Made by a program: the position numbers and the translations under genes. The notes beneath the pieces were generated by a model that did no database searches, was not told where the DNA came from, and saw nothing but the letters and a program-made list of their open reading frames with translations. Source: Candidatus Hadarchaeum sp. (lineage in GTDB: Archaea > Hadarchaeota > Hadarchaeia > Hadarchaeales > Hadarchaeaceae). Taken from it: a DNA stretch of 64,000 nucleotides. The first letter of the stretch is position 1. Each line of letters starts with the position of its first letter. Shown piece by piece: positions 37,291 to 48,744 of the stretch. The stretch covers positions 32,001 through 96,000 of the forward strand of contig NZ_JAVZIN010000005.1 in assembly GCF_038871235.1 (NCBI RefSeq). Direction: 5' to 3'.

Positions 37291-38076
37291 ATGAGGGCTG
37301 AAATTGGAATTATCGGCGGCACCGGTCTCTACGACCCGAAACTTCTTAAAAATATCGAAGAAATCGAGGTGGAAACCCCCTATGGCTCCCCGTCCGATTC
37401 CATAACTCTGGGTGAGCTAAACGGAAGAAAGTTGGCTTTTCTCCCCCGACATGGCAAAAAACATACCATCAGGCCGACCGACATAAATTACCGCGCCAAC
37501 ATTTTCGCGATGAAGCAGCTCGGCGTGACTAGGGTCCTTGCACCATCGGCGGTGGGCTCCCTGAAGGAAGAATACCGGCCCGGGGACATCGTTTTCGTTG
37601 ACCAGTTCATTGACAGAACCACCCGGCGAGAGGAATCCTTCTATACGGGAAATAAGGTGTGCCACATCTCCGTGGCCGATCCGATGTGCCCTGAACTCAG
37701 AAAAACTTTGATAGAAGCGGCAAAAAGAACCGGCATCGAGGCCCATCCTACGGGGACATACGTGTGCATCGAGGGGCCCAGATTCTCCACCAAGGCTGAA
37801 TCCAGAATGTTCCAGAGTTGGGGCGCTGATGTAATCGGCATGACCTTGGTCCCAGAATGCGTTCTGGCCCGCGAAGCCGAGATATGCTACGCTTCAATAG
37901 CCACCGTCACCGACTACGACGTGTGGAAGGAACATCCGGTGAGTACTGAGGAAGTCCTGAAGACGATGAGAAGTAACTTGGAAAAGGTCAAACGATTGAT
38001 CGCTGAAACCATAGCTATCATACCACAGGAAAGGAGCTGTGAATGTAAAAACGCGCTGAAAAACGCATTTGTTTGA
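37291..38076 (+). CDS. mtnP: S-methyl-5'-thioadenosine phosphorylase
   Basis: GIIGGTG, TPYG, LPRHG, NYRANI, EGPRFSTKAES, GMT, VTDYD. Confidence 0.93.
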   Translation: MRAEIGIIGGTGLYDPKLLKNIEEIEVETPYGSPSDSITLGELNGRKLAFLPRHGKKHTIRPTDINYRANIFAMKQLGVTRVLAPSAVGSLKEEYRPGDIVFVDQFIDRTTRREESFYTGNKVCHISVADPMCPELRKTLIEAAKRTGIEAHPTGTYVCIEGPRFSTKAESRMFQSWGADVIGMTLVPECVLAREAEICYASIATVTDYDVWKEHPVSTEEVLKTMRSNLEKVKRLIAETIAIIPQERSCECKNALKNAFV

Positions 38077-38088
38077 AGAGGTGATTCG

Positions 38089-38616
38089 TTGCTGGATTTA
38101 AAGTCAAAGATTAGGAGAATCCCTGAGTTCAAGGGCGTGGTCTTCTGGGACATCACCCCGTTGCTGAAGGACCGTTTGGCTTTCAGGGAAGCTATCCGGC
38201 TCTTGGCCGAGCACTTCAAGGATAAAAAAATAGATGTGGTGGTCTCCAACGAGGCCCGAGGGTTTATAATAGCTGCCCCACTGGCATATGAACTCGGCGC
38301 TGGCTTTGTTCCCATCAGAAAAAAGGGAAAGTTGCCTGCCAAGTGCGTGGACTACTGCTACCAAAAAGAATACGAGGCCGACGTGATTGAAATTCACGAG
38401 GACGCCATTGAACCAGGCCAGAACGTTCTGCTCGTCGATGACCTCTTAGCGACCGGCGGCACGATGAAGGCCAACATTGAACTCGTCGAAAAGCTCGGTG
38501 GCAAGGTCGTTGGCATCGGCTTTCTCATCGAGCTTGGCTACCTCGGTGGAAGAGAAGCCATCGGGAAAAACTACGAGATATTTTCATTGATAAAAATCGA
38601 TACTCCTGAAGGATAA
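38089..38616 (+). CDS. apt: Adenine phosphoribosyltransferase
   Basis: FWDITPLL, EARGF, RKKGKLP, VDDLLATGGT. Confidence 0.95.
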   Translation: MLDLKSKIRRIPEFKGVVFWDITPLLKDRLAFREAIRLLAEHFKDKKIDVVVSNEARGFIIAAPLAYELGAGFVPIRKKGKLPAKCVDYCYQKEYEADVIEIHEDAIEPGQNVLLVDDLLATGGTMKANIELVEKLGGKVVGIGFLIELGYLGGREAIGKNYEIFSLIKIDTPEG

Positions 38617-38744
38617 TCTCTCCCGTACGACCATCGCTCAAGCCTCTAATTCTAAATTAACAAACAGGAAGAAGGTTGCTTTAAAATGGGGTTGGGATAC
38701 TTTAAAAGGGTGTACAACTGATCGACGCAACGCTGAAAATAATC

Positions 38745-39995
38745 GTGCTGCTGGTCTTCGTGGCGTGCTATGGGCTAGCGATATCACGAAAGGTTAAAAT
38801 CGTCTACGTCAGCCTTGCCTCCGCAGCCATTCTTCTCCTCATTCTCTTGCCCGCCAACGTGATGACCCCAGAACGGGTGTTGAACTCAATCAGGTGGGAT
38901 GTCCTTGGTATTTACTGGGGCTTCATGATGGTCTCTATTATCTTCTCAGAAAGCGGGGTTCCAGACCATCTGGCCCGACATGTGCTTGCTCACACAAAAA
39001 ATGAAGGGAGGGCTCTGCTCGCCCTCTGCGCCATAACCGCCTTTCTCTCAAGCTTTCTGGAAAACGTCGGCGTGGTCCTGATAATGGCCCCCATTGCAAT
39101 GGAAATTGCTAGGAGGACCAAATCACCTCTTTTCTTATACTTAATCTCAATCGCCATCAGTTCCAACATGGTGACTACGGTTTCGATGATAGCCGACCCT
39201 CCGGCGATAATTCTGGCCTCAGAAGCTGGAATGTACTTCATGGATTTCTACTGGTTTCAAGGTAGGCTGGGGCTCGGAGTAATCTCCGCCATCGCCGCCG
39301 TAATCGGACTAGTCGCCCTTTATCTCTGCCACTTCAGAAAAATGAAAACAAAAGTCAACATCGAGGAGGAGGAGAAGATCGAGATGAACTATCTGCCGAC
39401 GGTGGTTTTCATTTTTGGGATAGTTGCCCTCGCCTTAAACTCATATTTGAGGGTTGGTCCTGGAGTCATTGGTCTAATCGTGGGAGTGATTTCTACTATT
39501 CTCGGTTTCAAAAACATGTCCAAAATGATAAAGGAATTCGACTGGAACTCGTTCTTCTTCATAATTGGGATTTTCATTGTAATTGGTGCTGTCGATGAAG
39601 TTGGAATTCTCGGGGATTTTGCCCAGGGCATAAGTGCTCTCGGCTTTAACATTCCTACGTTGACATTGATTATCTTGGTCTGGCTGTCAGTTGCTCTTTC
39701 CTCATTTATAGACAACGTCCCCTACTCCGTGCTCATGCTTCCCGTAGCTAAGAACGCGGCATTAGCACTGGGATCGGGCGGTCTGGCCTACCCATTCATG
39801 TACGGAACACTAATCGGCACGGGAATCGGTGGAAACATAACTCCCGTCGGTGCGACGGCTAACGTCTTCGCCTGCGGTTTGCTTGAAAAAAGAGGCTATA
39901 GTGTAAAACTTAAGGAGTACCTGAAGATCAGCCTAGCTCCAACAATAGCGGCGGTTCTGGTGGCCCATCTATTGCTCCAGTTGCTCTGGATGTAA
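38745..39995 (+). CDS. ArsB/NhaD/CitM-family ion transporter
   Basis: SSFLENV, IADPP, SSFIDNVP, GGNITPVGATAN. Start may lie slightly upstream. Confidence 0.88.
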   Translation: MLLVFVACYGLAISRKVKIVYVSLASAAILLLILLPANVMTPERVLNSIRWDVLGIYWGFMMVSIIFSESGVPDHLARHVLAHTKNEGRALLALCAITAFLSSFLENVGVVLIMAPIAMEIARRTKSPLFLYLISIAISSNMVTTVSMIADPPAIILASEAGMYFMDFYWFQGRLGLGVISAIAAVIGLVALYLCHFRKMKTKVNIEEEEKIEMNYLPTVVFIFGIVALALNSYLRVGPGVIGLIVGVISTILGFKNMSKMIKEFDWNSFFFIIGIFIVIGAVDEVGILGDFAQGISALGFNIPTLTLIILVWLSVALSSFIDNVPYSVLMLPVAKNAALALGSGGLAYPFMYGTLIGTGIGGNITPVGATANVFACGLLEKRGYSVKLKEYLKISLAPTIAAVLVAHLLLQLLWM

Positions 39996-40009
39996 TCCCA
40001 TCAAAAAAT

Positions 40010-40915
40010 TCAGATACCTCTAACCTGTAGTCGCTCCTCCGGCCTCAGCATCTTAACATCAATTCCTTTCATCGGTAGTGGCAGGTTCTTGCAGGCTTCC
40101 AAGACAACCTCAGGATCGTCATAGTATCTTGTCGCCTCAACTATCGCCTTGGCCATCCTCGGCGGATCGCTTGACTTGAAGATGCCGGAGCCGACAAAGA
40201 TTCCATCCACACCCATCTGCATGACCAAAGAAGCATCGGCTGGAGTGGCTATTCCCCCGGCGCAGAACCAAACCACTGGAAGTCTCTGAAGTTTCGCGGT
40301 TTCCTCAACCAGTTCCACCGGCACCCGATATTCGCGGGCCTTTGCCTCCAGCTCGTCGCGGCTCAACCCGGCCAGCTCCGCTATCTGGCGCTTGGTGGTC
40401 TTGATGTGCCTCACGGCCTCGACTATATTCCCTGTGCCGGCCTCGCCCTTGGTCCTGATCATGGCCGCTCCCTCGTTGATCCTCCTCAGAGCCTCCCCCA
40501 AATCACGGGAACCGCAAACAAACGGTACCTTGAACTTGCGCTTGTCAACATGGGCCTCCTCGTCCGCCACTGTGAGGACTTCACTCTCATCTATCATATC
40601 CACACCCAAGGCCTCAAGAACTTGAGCCTCGGCAAAATGACCGATGCGGCACTTGGCCATGACAGGAATCGTCACCGCATTCATTATGGCCTCAATAATG
40701 GCAGGATCGGCCATGCGCGCGACCCCACCCGATGCCCGGATATCCGCCGGAACCGCCTGAAGCGCCATGACGGCCACCGCCCCGGCTTCCTCGGCTATGA
40801 TGGCCTGCTCCGGGGTCGTGACATCCATGATGACCCCGCCCTTCTGCATCTTGGCGAACCCACGTTTGAGCCGCTCAGAACCGAATACTATCTCCACTGA
40901 ATCACCAATAGTCAA
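40010..40915 (-). CDS. pdxS: Pyridoxal 5'-phosphate synthase lyase subunit
   Basis: [45 protein letters not shown]. Confidence 0.97.
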   Translation of the reverse strand: MTIGDSVEIVFGSERLKRGFAKMQKGGVIMDVTTPEQAIIAEEAGAVAVMALQAVPADIRASGGVARMADPAIIEAIMNAVTIPVMAKCRIGHFAEAQVLEALGVDMIDESEVLTVADEEAHVDKRKFKVPFVCGSRDLGEALRRINEGAAMIRTKGEAGTGNIVEAVRHIKTTKRQIAELAGLSRDELEAKAREYRVPVELVEETAKLQRLPVVWFCAGGIATPADASLVMQMGVDGIFVGSGIFKSSDPPRMAKAIVEATRYYDDPEVVLEACKNLPLPMKGIDVKMLRPEERLQVRGI

Positions 40916-40948
40916 TTATCGCCTAAAGGTAAAAATATAAAGGTTTCG

Positions 40949-42070
<1,122 letters not shown>

Positions 42071-42370
42071 TTAATCTGCGCGATCTTATTTGTTCAAACT
42101 CGCATTTGATTCAAGGTGTTATTTTAAAAAATGGAAGCTATTGATCAACAATGGCTTGGACGCCAAAATTTCCACTACTTGATCTACGGCTATACTTAAA
42201 GCCTAAAACACGCCCATTAAGTTGACTAATAGACCCAAAGGAGTTCCTTGAATAGATGACTTGAAAAACTTGGCTGAGATGTTGTATACTGCAGTTACAA
42301 AGATTTTGATCAGGCCTCGCCTAGATTAAGTAAGTTATTATAGAAGCTCGAGAAATTTTAAGCGAGGCCC

Positions 42371-43522
42371 ATGCCCATACATATTGCCGAAAGCGTACTG
42401 GGCGTCATTGCCTTTAACGACGAGGGTAAGATGATATCCTTCAGAAAATTCCCTCGCGACCCGGTGGTGGTTGCTGGAAAAATTGCCAGCGTTCAGATGG
42501 GTACACCCACCGATGAACATCGCGAGCTAATTGCCGAGCTGGTGGGAAAAGGCCATCGCGAGTTCACCCTCGAGTCCCAGCCGCTCGTCAACAGGTTTAA
42601 GGAAGAATTCAAGAGAGCCAAGTTTGAAGTATTAATACCAAACGTGGCCGGCTCAATTCTGCGGGACAAGCTTCAAGACATCGCGGAGGATCTGGGGTTT
42701 GAAAAAGTCGATGAGTTTACCCGGGAGGTGAACTTCATCCTCACGCGCCACAAGCTCCGAACTGAAGCTGCCCAGAGAGATAGCCTGATCATCCAGTCAA
42801 TTGGGCTTCTTGACGACATCGACAGATTCACCAACATACTTATCGTCAGGGTTAGAGAGTGGTACTCCATCCATTTCCCTGAGCTTGATCGCCTGGTCCC
42901 AGATCACGAAGTCTTCCTCCAGCTGATTACCAAAATCGGCTTGCGGGATGATTTTACCAAGGAAGCTGTCGCCAGCGCGTCCGGGCTTTCGGAGGAGGAA
43001 TCTGAAAAAATAGCCCAAGCCGCTGCGGAATCTCTCGGCGCACGGTTTGACGAAATAGACTTAAAATCGCTGAAGAATGCCTGCAAGGAGATATTCGAAC
43101 TCTATGAGTTGAGGAAAGAGATATCTGAGTACATTGACGGCTTGATGGCACAGATTGCTCCCAACTTGCGCGCGGTAGTCGGCAGCGCCATTGGAGCCCG
43201 CTTGATAGCCATCGCTGGAGGTCTTCAGGAGCTTTCCCGTATGCCGGCTAGCACCATCCAAATTTTAGGAGCCGAAAAAGCGCTTTTCCGGGCCCTGAAA
43301 AGGAAGGGTAGCCCTCCGAAACACGGCGTGATCTTCCAATATCCTGAGGTTCGCGGGGCGCCAAAAAAGCTAAGGGGCAAGATTGCGCGCGCGCTTGCTG
43401 GAAAGGTAGCCATCGCCGCGAGGGTCGATGCAATGTCCGGCGAGTTCGTTGGCGACAGACTGGAAGCTGAACTTAAAGCGAGAATCGCCGAAATCAAAAG
43501 AAAGGTAAGGAAAAAGCCATGA
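42371..43522 (+). CDS. nop5: C/D box sRNP protein Nop5 (Nop56/58)
   Basis: REWYSIHFPEL, APNL, GARLIA.AG, PASTIQILGAEKALF, PKHGVIF. Confidence 0.95.
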   Translation: MPIHIAESVLGVIAFNDEGKMISFRKFPRDPVVVAGKIASVQMGTPTDEHRELIAELVGKGHREFTLESQPLVNRFKEEFKRAKFEVLIPNVAGSILRDKLQDIAEDLGFEKVDEFTREVNFILTRHKLRTEAAQRDSLIIQSIGLLDDIDRFTNILIVRVREWYSIHFPELDRLVPDHEVFLQLITKIGLRDDFTKEAVASASGLSEEESEKIAQAAAESLGARFDEIDLKSLKNACKEIFELYELRKEISEYIDGLMAQIAPNLRAVVGSAIGARLIAIAGGLQELSRMPASTIQILGAEKALFRALKRKGSPPKHGVIFQYPEVRGAPKKLRGKIARALAGKVAIAARVDAMSGEFVGDRLEAELKARIAEIKRKVRKKP

Positions 43523-44199
43523 AAGCTGTCGAACACGAACGCTTCAAATCAGTTTATTGGATCGAACTCGATGACGGCACCCGCAAGCTGGCCACGATAA
43601 ATCTCGATCGCGGGGCTCAGGTCTACGGCGAAAAGTTAATCGAGCTGGATGGGGTCGAATACCGGCTCTGGGATCCCTACCGGAGCAAGCTCGCTGCTGC
43701 CATCATTAGAAATATAAAGGTCAATCCGATAACCAATGGAAAAAATGTCCTCTATCTTGGGGCGGCAAGCGGAACTACCTCTTCGCATGTCTCAGACATC
43801 GTGGGGGAAGAAGGATGCGTTTACTGCGTGGAGGTCTCCTCCCGCCCGATAAGGGATTTGCTCCGCGTCTGCGCTAAAAGGAAAAACATGCTACCCATAC
43901 TGGCCGATGCCCGTTTGCCCCATTGTTACTGCTCACTGGTTAAGAAGGTGGATGTCATCTATCAGGACATAGCACAACCGGATCAGACTGAAATTCTGCT
44001 GGCCAACGCGAAAATTTTCCTACCTAAAGGCGGCTATGCGATGCTATCATTGAAGGCCAGAAGTATCGACGTGACCAAAGAGCCACGCGAGATATTCAGA
44101 AATGAAATGGAAAAGCTGGAGAAGGAAATGGAAATCATCGACGTGAAGGTTCTCGATCCCTACGAGAAGGACCATGCAATGTTCGTCCTGAGGAGATGA
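43519..44199 (+). CDS. flpA: Fibrillarin-like rRNA 2'-O-methyltransferase
   Basis: VYGE, WDPYRSKLAA, VLYLGAASGTT.SHVSD, DIAQPDQ, KARSID. Confidence 0.96.
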   Translation: MKAVEHERFKSVYWIELDDGTRKLATINLDRGAQVYGEKLIELDGVEYRLWDPYRSKLAAAIIRNIKVNPITNGKNVLYLGAASGTTSSHVSDIVGEEGCVYCVEVSSRPIRDLLRVCAKRKNMLPILADARLPHCYCSLVKKVDVIYQDIAQPDQTEILLANAKIFLPKGGYAMLSLKARSIDVTKEPREIFRNEMEKLEKEMEIIDVKVLDPYEKDHAMFVLRR

Positions 44200-44208
44200 G
44201 GTAAAACC

Positions 44209-44838
44209 ATGCCCTATAGATTTAGCTTCGACCTGTCGCGGGTGCCGCATGCTTTTTTCAATGCCTTGGTCGAGATGGCTTACCAGAAGAATATGCACAA
44301 GAAAATTGCATGGACTGTCAGACGCTTGACCGAAAAGCTCAATATTCAAGAAATTGGCGGTCTGAACATGGCGGATGTTTCAACCTTGATAGAAGACCTA
44401 GTTGATATTCATTTACACAACATCATGGAAAGAGAAAGATTTCAAAAAAGCAAACGAAGGGCACTCTTCTTGCCTCACTGTGCCAGAAAATATATGGACG
44501 GTAGATGCCAAGCAAGCTTCGACCCGGACGTGCCCTCCTACTACTGCCACAGCTGTTCCCCAGACTGTTTGGTAAACCAAGCAGTGGCGCTTGGTCGAGA
44601 CTGTGGTTACGACATCTACATCTTACCAGGTGGGACCTGTCTACCCATGATACTAGAAAGAAACCCCTATGATGGCGTGGTAGGCGTCGCCTGCAGCCAA
44701 GAGATCAAACAAGCGGAAGCATACCTTAAAAGCAGAAGTCTGCCGGCTCAAGCGGTATATCTGATCAAGAATGGCTGTGCCAACACCAAGTTCAACCTCA
44801 GGTGTTTAGAGGAAATATTACGACTCAACGTGTCGTGA
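44209..44838 (+). CDS. DUF116 Cys-rich protein
   Basis: LFLPHCAR, CHSCSPDC, LPGG, GVAC, GCANT. Confidence 0.8.
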   Translation: MPYRFSFDLSRVPHAFFNALVEMAYQKNMHKKIAWTVRRLTEKLNIQEIGGLNMADVSTLIEDLVDIHLHNIMERERFQKSKRRALFLPHCARKYMDGRCQASFDPDVPSYYCHSCSPDCLVNQAVALGRDCGYDIYILPGGTCLPMILERNPYDGVVGVACSQEIKQAEAYLKSRSLPAQAVYLIKNGCANTKFNLRCLEEILRLNVS

Positions 44839-45757
44839 CTTCACAGCCTGACTCGGTAACTATCACCGTGTGCTCTGCCTGTGCTACCTTACCATTGGCC
44901 CGCTCCGCCAAGACATAGTAAGGCCAGAAGGCTCCGATCCCAACCAGCTCCCTAAGGGTCAGCTCAAGGCGAAGTTTCGACATACGTTTAGCCAACCACC
45001 TCTCGGCGAAGGGCAAACCATTATAGTCACGCTTCACATCGCGCAGAAGTTCCCGCGACATCCTCAACCGGGTCGGAACGTCACGCAGATATCTGAAGAT
45101 ATAGAGACTCTTTCTATCCTCAACAAATCCGGCCCCATCGGTGATGAACGGCTCGATGGCCAAGACATCGCCCGCCTTCAAAATCATTCCAGTAGTTTCC
45201 TTGACGTTGGGTATCGTGAGCCCCGAGTGAAGGTCCCATCTGGCCAAGCTGTGTCCGGTCAGATTGCGAATGGGCTTGAAACCGGCTGCCGTTGCCGTTT
45301 CCTCAACCACCTTACCGATCTCCCCGACATCAATTCCGGGCTTCACCGCTGCAATCGCGGCTTCGAGCGCTTTTTCTACTACCTGAACCATCTCGGCCTT
45401 CTCTCCTGTAGCCACCGTGAAAGCCGTGTCTGCTATATAACCATCCACATGGGCTCCGATGTCAACTTTGACCATGTCTCCCGACTTAATCACGGTTTCA
45501 TCATCGGCAGGTGGACTGTAGTGGGCCGCCACCTCGTTGACCGAAACATTGCAGGGAAAGGCCGGCTTGGCCCCCCGCTCAGTGATGAGTCCCTCGGCCG
45601 TCTCAGCTATCTCAAGCAGGCTGACCCCGGGTTTGACCATCGGCCGCAGCTGTTCGCGAACCTCGGCCAGCAACTTTCCTGCTTTCCGGTACTTTTCCAA
45701 CTCCTCTGGATCCAACACGACATCACCAGACGAAAGTTGTTTAATGCACGGGAGCAA
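44825..45757 (-). CDS. map: Type II methionine aminopeptidase
   Basis: AFPCN, AAHY, KVDIGAHVDGYIADTA, NLTGH, AIEPF, QAEHT. True start probably near 45718. Confidence 0.95.
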   Translation of the reverse strand: MLPCIKQLSSGDVVLDPEELEKYRKAGKLLAEVREQLRPMVKPGVSLLEIAETAEGLITERGAKPAFPCNVSVNEVAAHYSPPADDETVIKSGDMVKVDIGAHVDGYIADTAFTVATGEKAEMVQVVEKALEAAIAAVKPGIDVGEIGKVVEETATAAGFKPIRNLTGHSLARWDLHSGLTIPNVKETTGMILKAGDVLAIEPFITDGAGFVEDRKSLYIFRYLRDVPTRLRMSRELLRDVKRDYNGLPFAERWLAKRMSKLRLELTLRELVGIGAFWPYYVLAERANGKVAQAEHTVIVTESGCEVTTR

Positions 45758-45764
45758 TTAAAAC

Positions 45765-46178
45765 TTGGGGTACATGGAGGATACCTTTCTGACCGAGTCC
45801 CAGTTAAGAGTTCTCGAGCTCAGAATGAGGGGACTTACCCAGGCCGAAATAGCCCGTCGGCTCAACACTTCCCGGGCCAACGTCAGTATTCTCGAGCGCA
45901 GGGCTAGGGAGAACATTGCCCGCGCAGAAAGAACCTTGAAACTATTTGAGAGACTAAAGGCTCCGGTGACCATCACCGTGAAACCGGGGGAAGACATCCT
46001 CCAAGTGCCGAAAAAAATTTTTGATGCCGCCGATGCCGCCAAGATCCGGGTGAAGCAGGGAACCGCCGAGATCATTGCCAGAATAAAGGAAGAGGCCGGG
46101 GATAGAATTCACGGCCGTTCCATAACTAAAAACTTTGAGATTGCCCTGACCTCAAACGGCGAAATCCTCATCTCATGA
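45765..46178 (+). CDS. Tfx-family DNA-binding protein (second paralog)
   Basis: TFLTESQLRVLELR..GLTQAEIA..LNTSRANVS.LE.RARENI. Confidence 0.9.
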   Translation: MGYMEDTFLTESQLRVLELRMRGLTQAEIARRLNTSRANVSILERRARENIARAERTLKLFERLKAPVTITVKPGEDILQVPKKIFDAADAAKIRVKQGTAEIIARIKEEAGDRIHGRSITKNFEIALTSNGEILIS

Positions 46179-48597
46179 ACCTGTCAAGACCAACCTGCTT
46201 CTCTTTCTCAAACTTCAAATCCTCCTCGCTGTAACCGAGAACCTCCATAATCCTCATCACCGCTGGGAGTACCTGATGTCCGACGTAATAATCCGGATCG
46301 TACTCCTTGCCCTCAAAATCCTCCACTGGAACCGCACGGTCGCTTATACTTCCCGGACCCTTAACCTCAATGTAGGCTATCATCATGCCCGGCTCAATCT
46401 CATGACCCAGCTGTCTGAGGCGCTTTGCCGCCACCACATGTGGCCCTATCGCCTTGTAGCTCTCGATGGGCATCTTCAACTGAGTGTAGATGATCAAATC
46501 TTCGAGGTTAACCCGCCCTTCATAGACGTCTCGGGTGGTCTTTCTGATGATCTCCGCGGCCTTCTTGGGTGACCCATCGCGCAGGATTGCCCTCAGCACT
46601 TCCTCCTGTGTTTTCTTGGCTATCGCCGCCCAGTCCCTGCGAACGAACTCCAAACCCTTGACGACCATGCGGCCCTCATCATCGATCATGGCATATCGCT
46701 TCTTGGTGATGAAAATGCCGCGCGGATAAAATCCCTCCAGCTCCAGTTCCATAATCCCGGGAAGGCTCTCGTTGACCTTCTTGAGAAAAAGCATCGCTTC
46801 CTCCCGCCTCTTGCCGTTTAGCTTGCAGTGCAGACTGTCGGTGTCACCGTAAATCACCTCAAGGCCAAACTCTCTTGCCATTTCAATTGTCCGGTGAATA
46901 TAATGTCTGCCGAAGCTGGTCACGCTCTCCGCACACTGCTTGGAATACCACCTAGCTCGCGGATATCCCAGCATACCGTAGAATGAGTTCGCGACTATCT
47001 TCATCGCCCACTGCCGCGCATCCAAGGCCCGATACTCCTTGGTCTCACGGCCGATTTTTTTGAGTTCGGCTTTCAGCTTGGTTCTCTCTTCAATAATGCG
47101 TTGAAGGATTGTCGGGATAAAGCCCCTTCTCCGCTTGCAGAAGTAATAACTCAATCCCGGCACCTGCTCCCTTTCGCCCGGCTTGCAATCCTGACAGTTC
47201 AGCGTGGATGGGTCGATGTTATGGGTGACAATTATCGAGGGATACAAGGATCTGAAATCGAAAACCACCAAATCCTCGTGGAGTCCCTTAACCGGCTCCA
47301 TCACATAAGCGCCGGTAAATGTCTCCTCCACCCTTTCCTCAAATTCCTCACCAACGGGCCGCGGTGGCACCAGCTCACCAATCCGGTGCGCCTCAGCCAC
47401 CAGCAACCACTCCACCAGCTGCCCCGGAGTCATCCTCTGAACGTCAAAAAGCGTCTGCCCCACAACGCGGGTCAGCCCGAGAAAAAGAGGCAGCAGCTCC
47501 AAACCAACCTCCAGCGTGGCATCGGCATCCGACATGGAGTATTCCAGAAACCTGAGCCCGGCATCGCCCCCTTTCTCCCAAGCGTTGGTCATCTCGGAAA
47601 ACTCAAAATCCGGCTTCTCCTTGCCGGTAAAGTGACGGTAAACGTCGGTCAGTGAATAATGAATTAATCTTATCGAGCCAATGGTGGCTAGGAAATCAAC
47701 CATGGCAAACACGTCGACATGAACGCGACCCCGGATCTTTGACACGGTCGCAAATCTGCGTTTGCGCACCACCAGCTCAGAACCATCGCGGCCCCAATCC
47801 AGCTTCACCTTCAATTGCTTGGCCCGGCTTCGAATGTAGGGCAAATCAAACAGGTCAGTATTGTATCCCAGCAAGATATCGGCGTCCCGCTCCTTCACCA
47901 ACTCGACAAACCTTTTTATCATCTCCCGCTCGCTGTCGACCACCTCGACATACTCCGGTTTTCTATCGAAATTTTTCCAAGTGATGACCTTTCTCAGACC
48001 GCGGTTATCCGCTAAGCTGATCATTATTATTGGGTCCTTGTCTGGTCTAACGCTACCGGTGGGATTGTAGACCTCGATATCAAAACTCATTATGTTCAGC
48101 TTGGGCTCATCCACTGGAACCGGTTTCGGGACTCCCTCCATGACCACCGTCTTGACTCCGTTCTTCACCTCAACTCTGCCGCTGAACTCGACGCCCGACA
48201 TCGGAGTTAGACCGCGGTCGATCAGGTAACGCCTAACTGAGGGGATATCAAACTCATAGATTTCCTTAACCCCAGGTAACTCACGAATCTTGTGCCTCAA
48301 CTTCGCAGCATCACGCGGCTGGTGAAATGAGACCTTTATCGTATCAACCTCATTGCCCAGCAGGGTTCGCCTGACAATCTCAACACTTTTCGGCTTTATC
48401 AGCGCACCATCTTCATCCAGCTCGATCTTTTCGATGAGCTTGCAGGTCTTGGCGGGGTTATCTGCAACCACATAAAAATATTCCTCAAACCGGCTGTCAA
48501 CCGCCATTACCGTCTCCGATCCTACCTTTACAAAAAGCTTTACGCTAGGTTTGTCCTCTTCCTCTGCAAAATCAACGTCCAGCAGCAGGCCCCTCAT
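46168..48597 (-). CDS. polB: Family B DNA polymerase with intact proofreading motifs, no intein
   Basis: FDIE, YNTDLFD, YSMSD; DFRSLYPSII, KIVANSFYG, YGDTDS, KKRY, KGLE. Start trimmed to ATG 48597. Confidence 0.96.
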   Translation of the reverse strand: MRGLLLDVDFAEEEDKPSVKLFVKVGSETVMAVDSRFEEYFYVVADNPAKTCKLIEKIELDEDGALIKPKSVEIVRRTLLGNEVDTIKVSFHQPRDAAKLRHKIRELPGVKEIYEFDIPSVRRYLIDRGLTPMSGVEFSGRVEVKNGVKTVVMEGVPKPVPVDEPKLNIMSFDIEVYNPTGSVRPDKDPIIMISLADNRGLRKVITWKNFDRKPEYVEVVDSEREMIKRFVELVKERDADILLGYNTDLFDLPYIRSRAKQLKVKLDWGRDGSELVVRKRRFATVSKIRGRVHVDVFAMVDFLATIGSIRLIHYSLTDVYRHFTGKEKPDFEFSEMTNAWEKGGDAGLRFLEYSMSDADATLEVGLELLPLFLGLTRVVGQTLFDVQRMTPGQLVEWLLVAEAHRIGELVPPRPVGEEFEERVEETFTGAYVMEPVKGLHEDLVVFDFRSLYPSIIVTHNIDPSTLNCQDCKPGEREQVPGLSYYFCKRRRGFIPTILQRIIEERTKLKAELKKIGRETKEYRALDARQWAMKIVANSFYGMLGYPRARWYSKQCAESVTSFGRHYIHRTIEMAREFGLEVIYGDTDSLHCKLNGKRREEAMLFLKKVNESLPGIMELELEGFYPRGIFITKKRYAMIDDEGRMVVKGLEFVRRDWAAIAKKTQEEVLRAILRDGSPKKAAEIIRKTTRDVYEGRVNLEDLIIYTQLKMPIESYKAIGPHVVAAKRLRQLGHEIEPGMMIAYIEVKGPGSISDRAVPVEDFEGKEYDPDYYVGHQVLPAVMRIMEVLGYSEEDLKFEKEKQVGLDRFMR

Positions 48598-48744
48598 CGA
48601 CACCAAAGAAATTTTGAGCATCTGGGATAAAGACCTTTCAGGCGGATAACCTTTCCACGATTCCGCCATCATACCAAACGGGGTCAAAATAAGCTGGGAT
48701 AAAGCCTTAAATTATGAAACAAACTGTTATTCTCGGTGATTTGA

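Noticed and set aside
42250-42310. Possible C/D box sRNA upstream of nop5 (TAGATGA...CTGA)
   Set aside because: Imperfect C box and no convincing C' or terminal D box.
44870-45907. 345-aa plus-strand ORF antisense to map
   Set aside because: Shadow ORF with no motifs; it fully overlaps a confident map gene.
46168-48597. PolB as inactivated, intein-containing or mobile-element-borne
   Set aside because: All exonuclease and polymerase motifs are intact, the length is normal, and the context is housekeeping.
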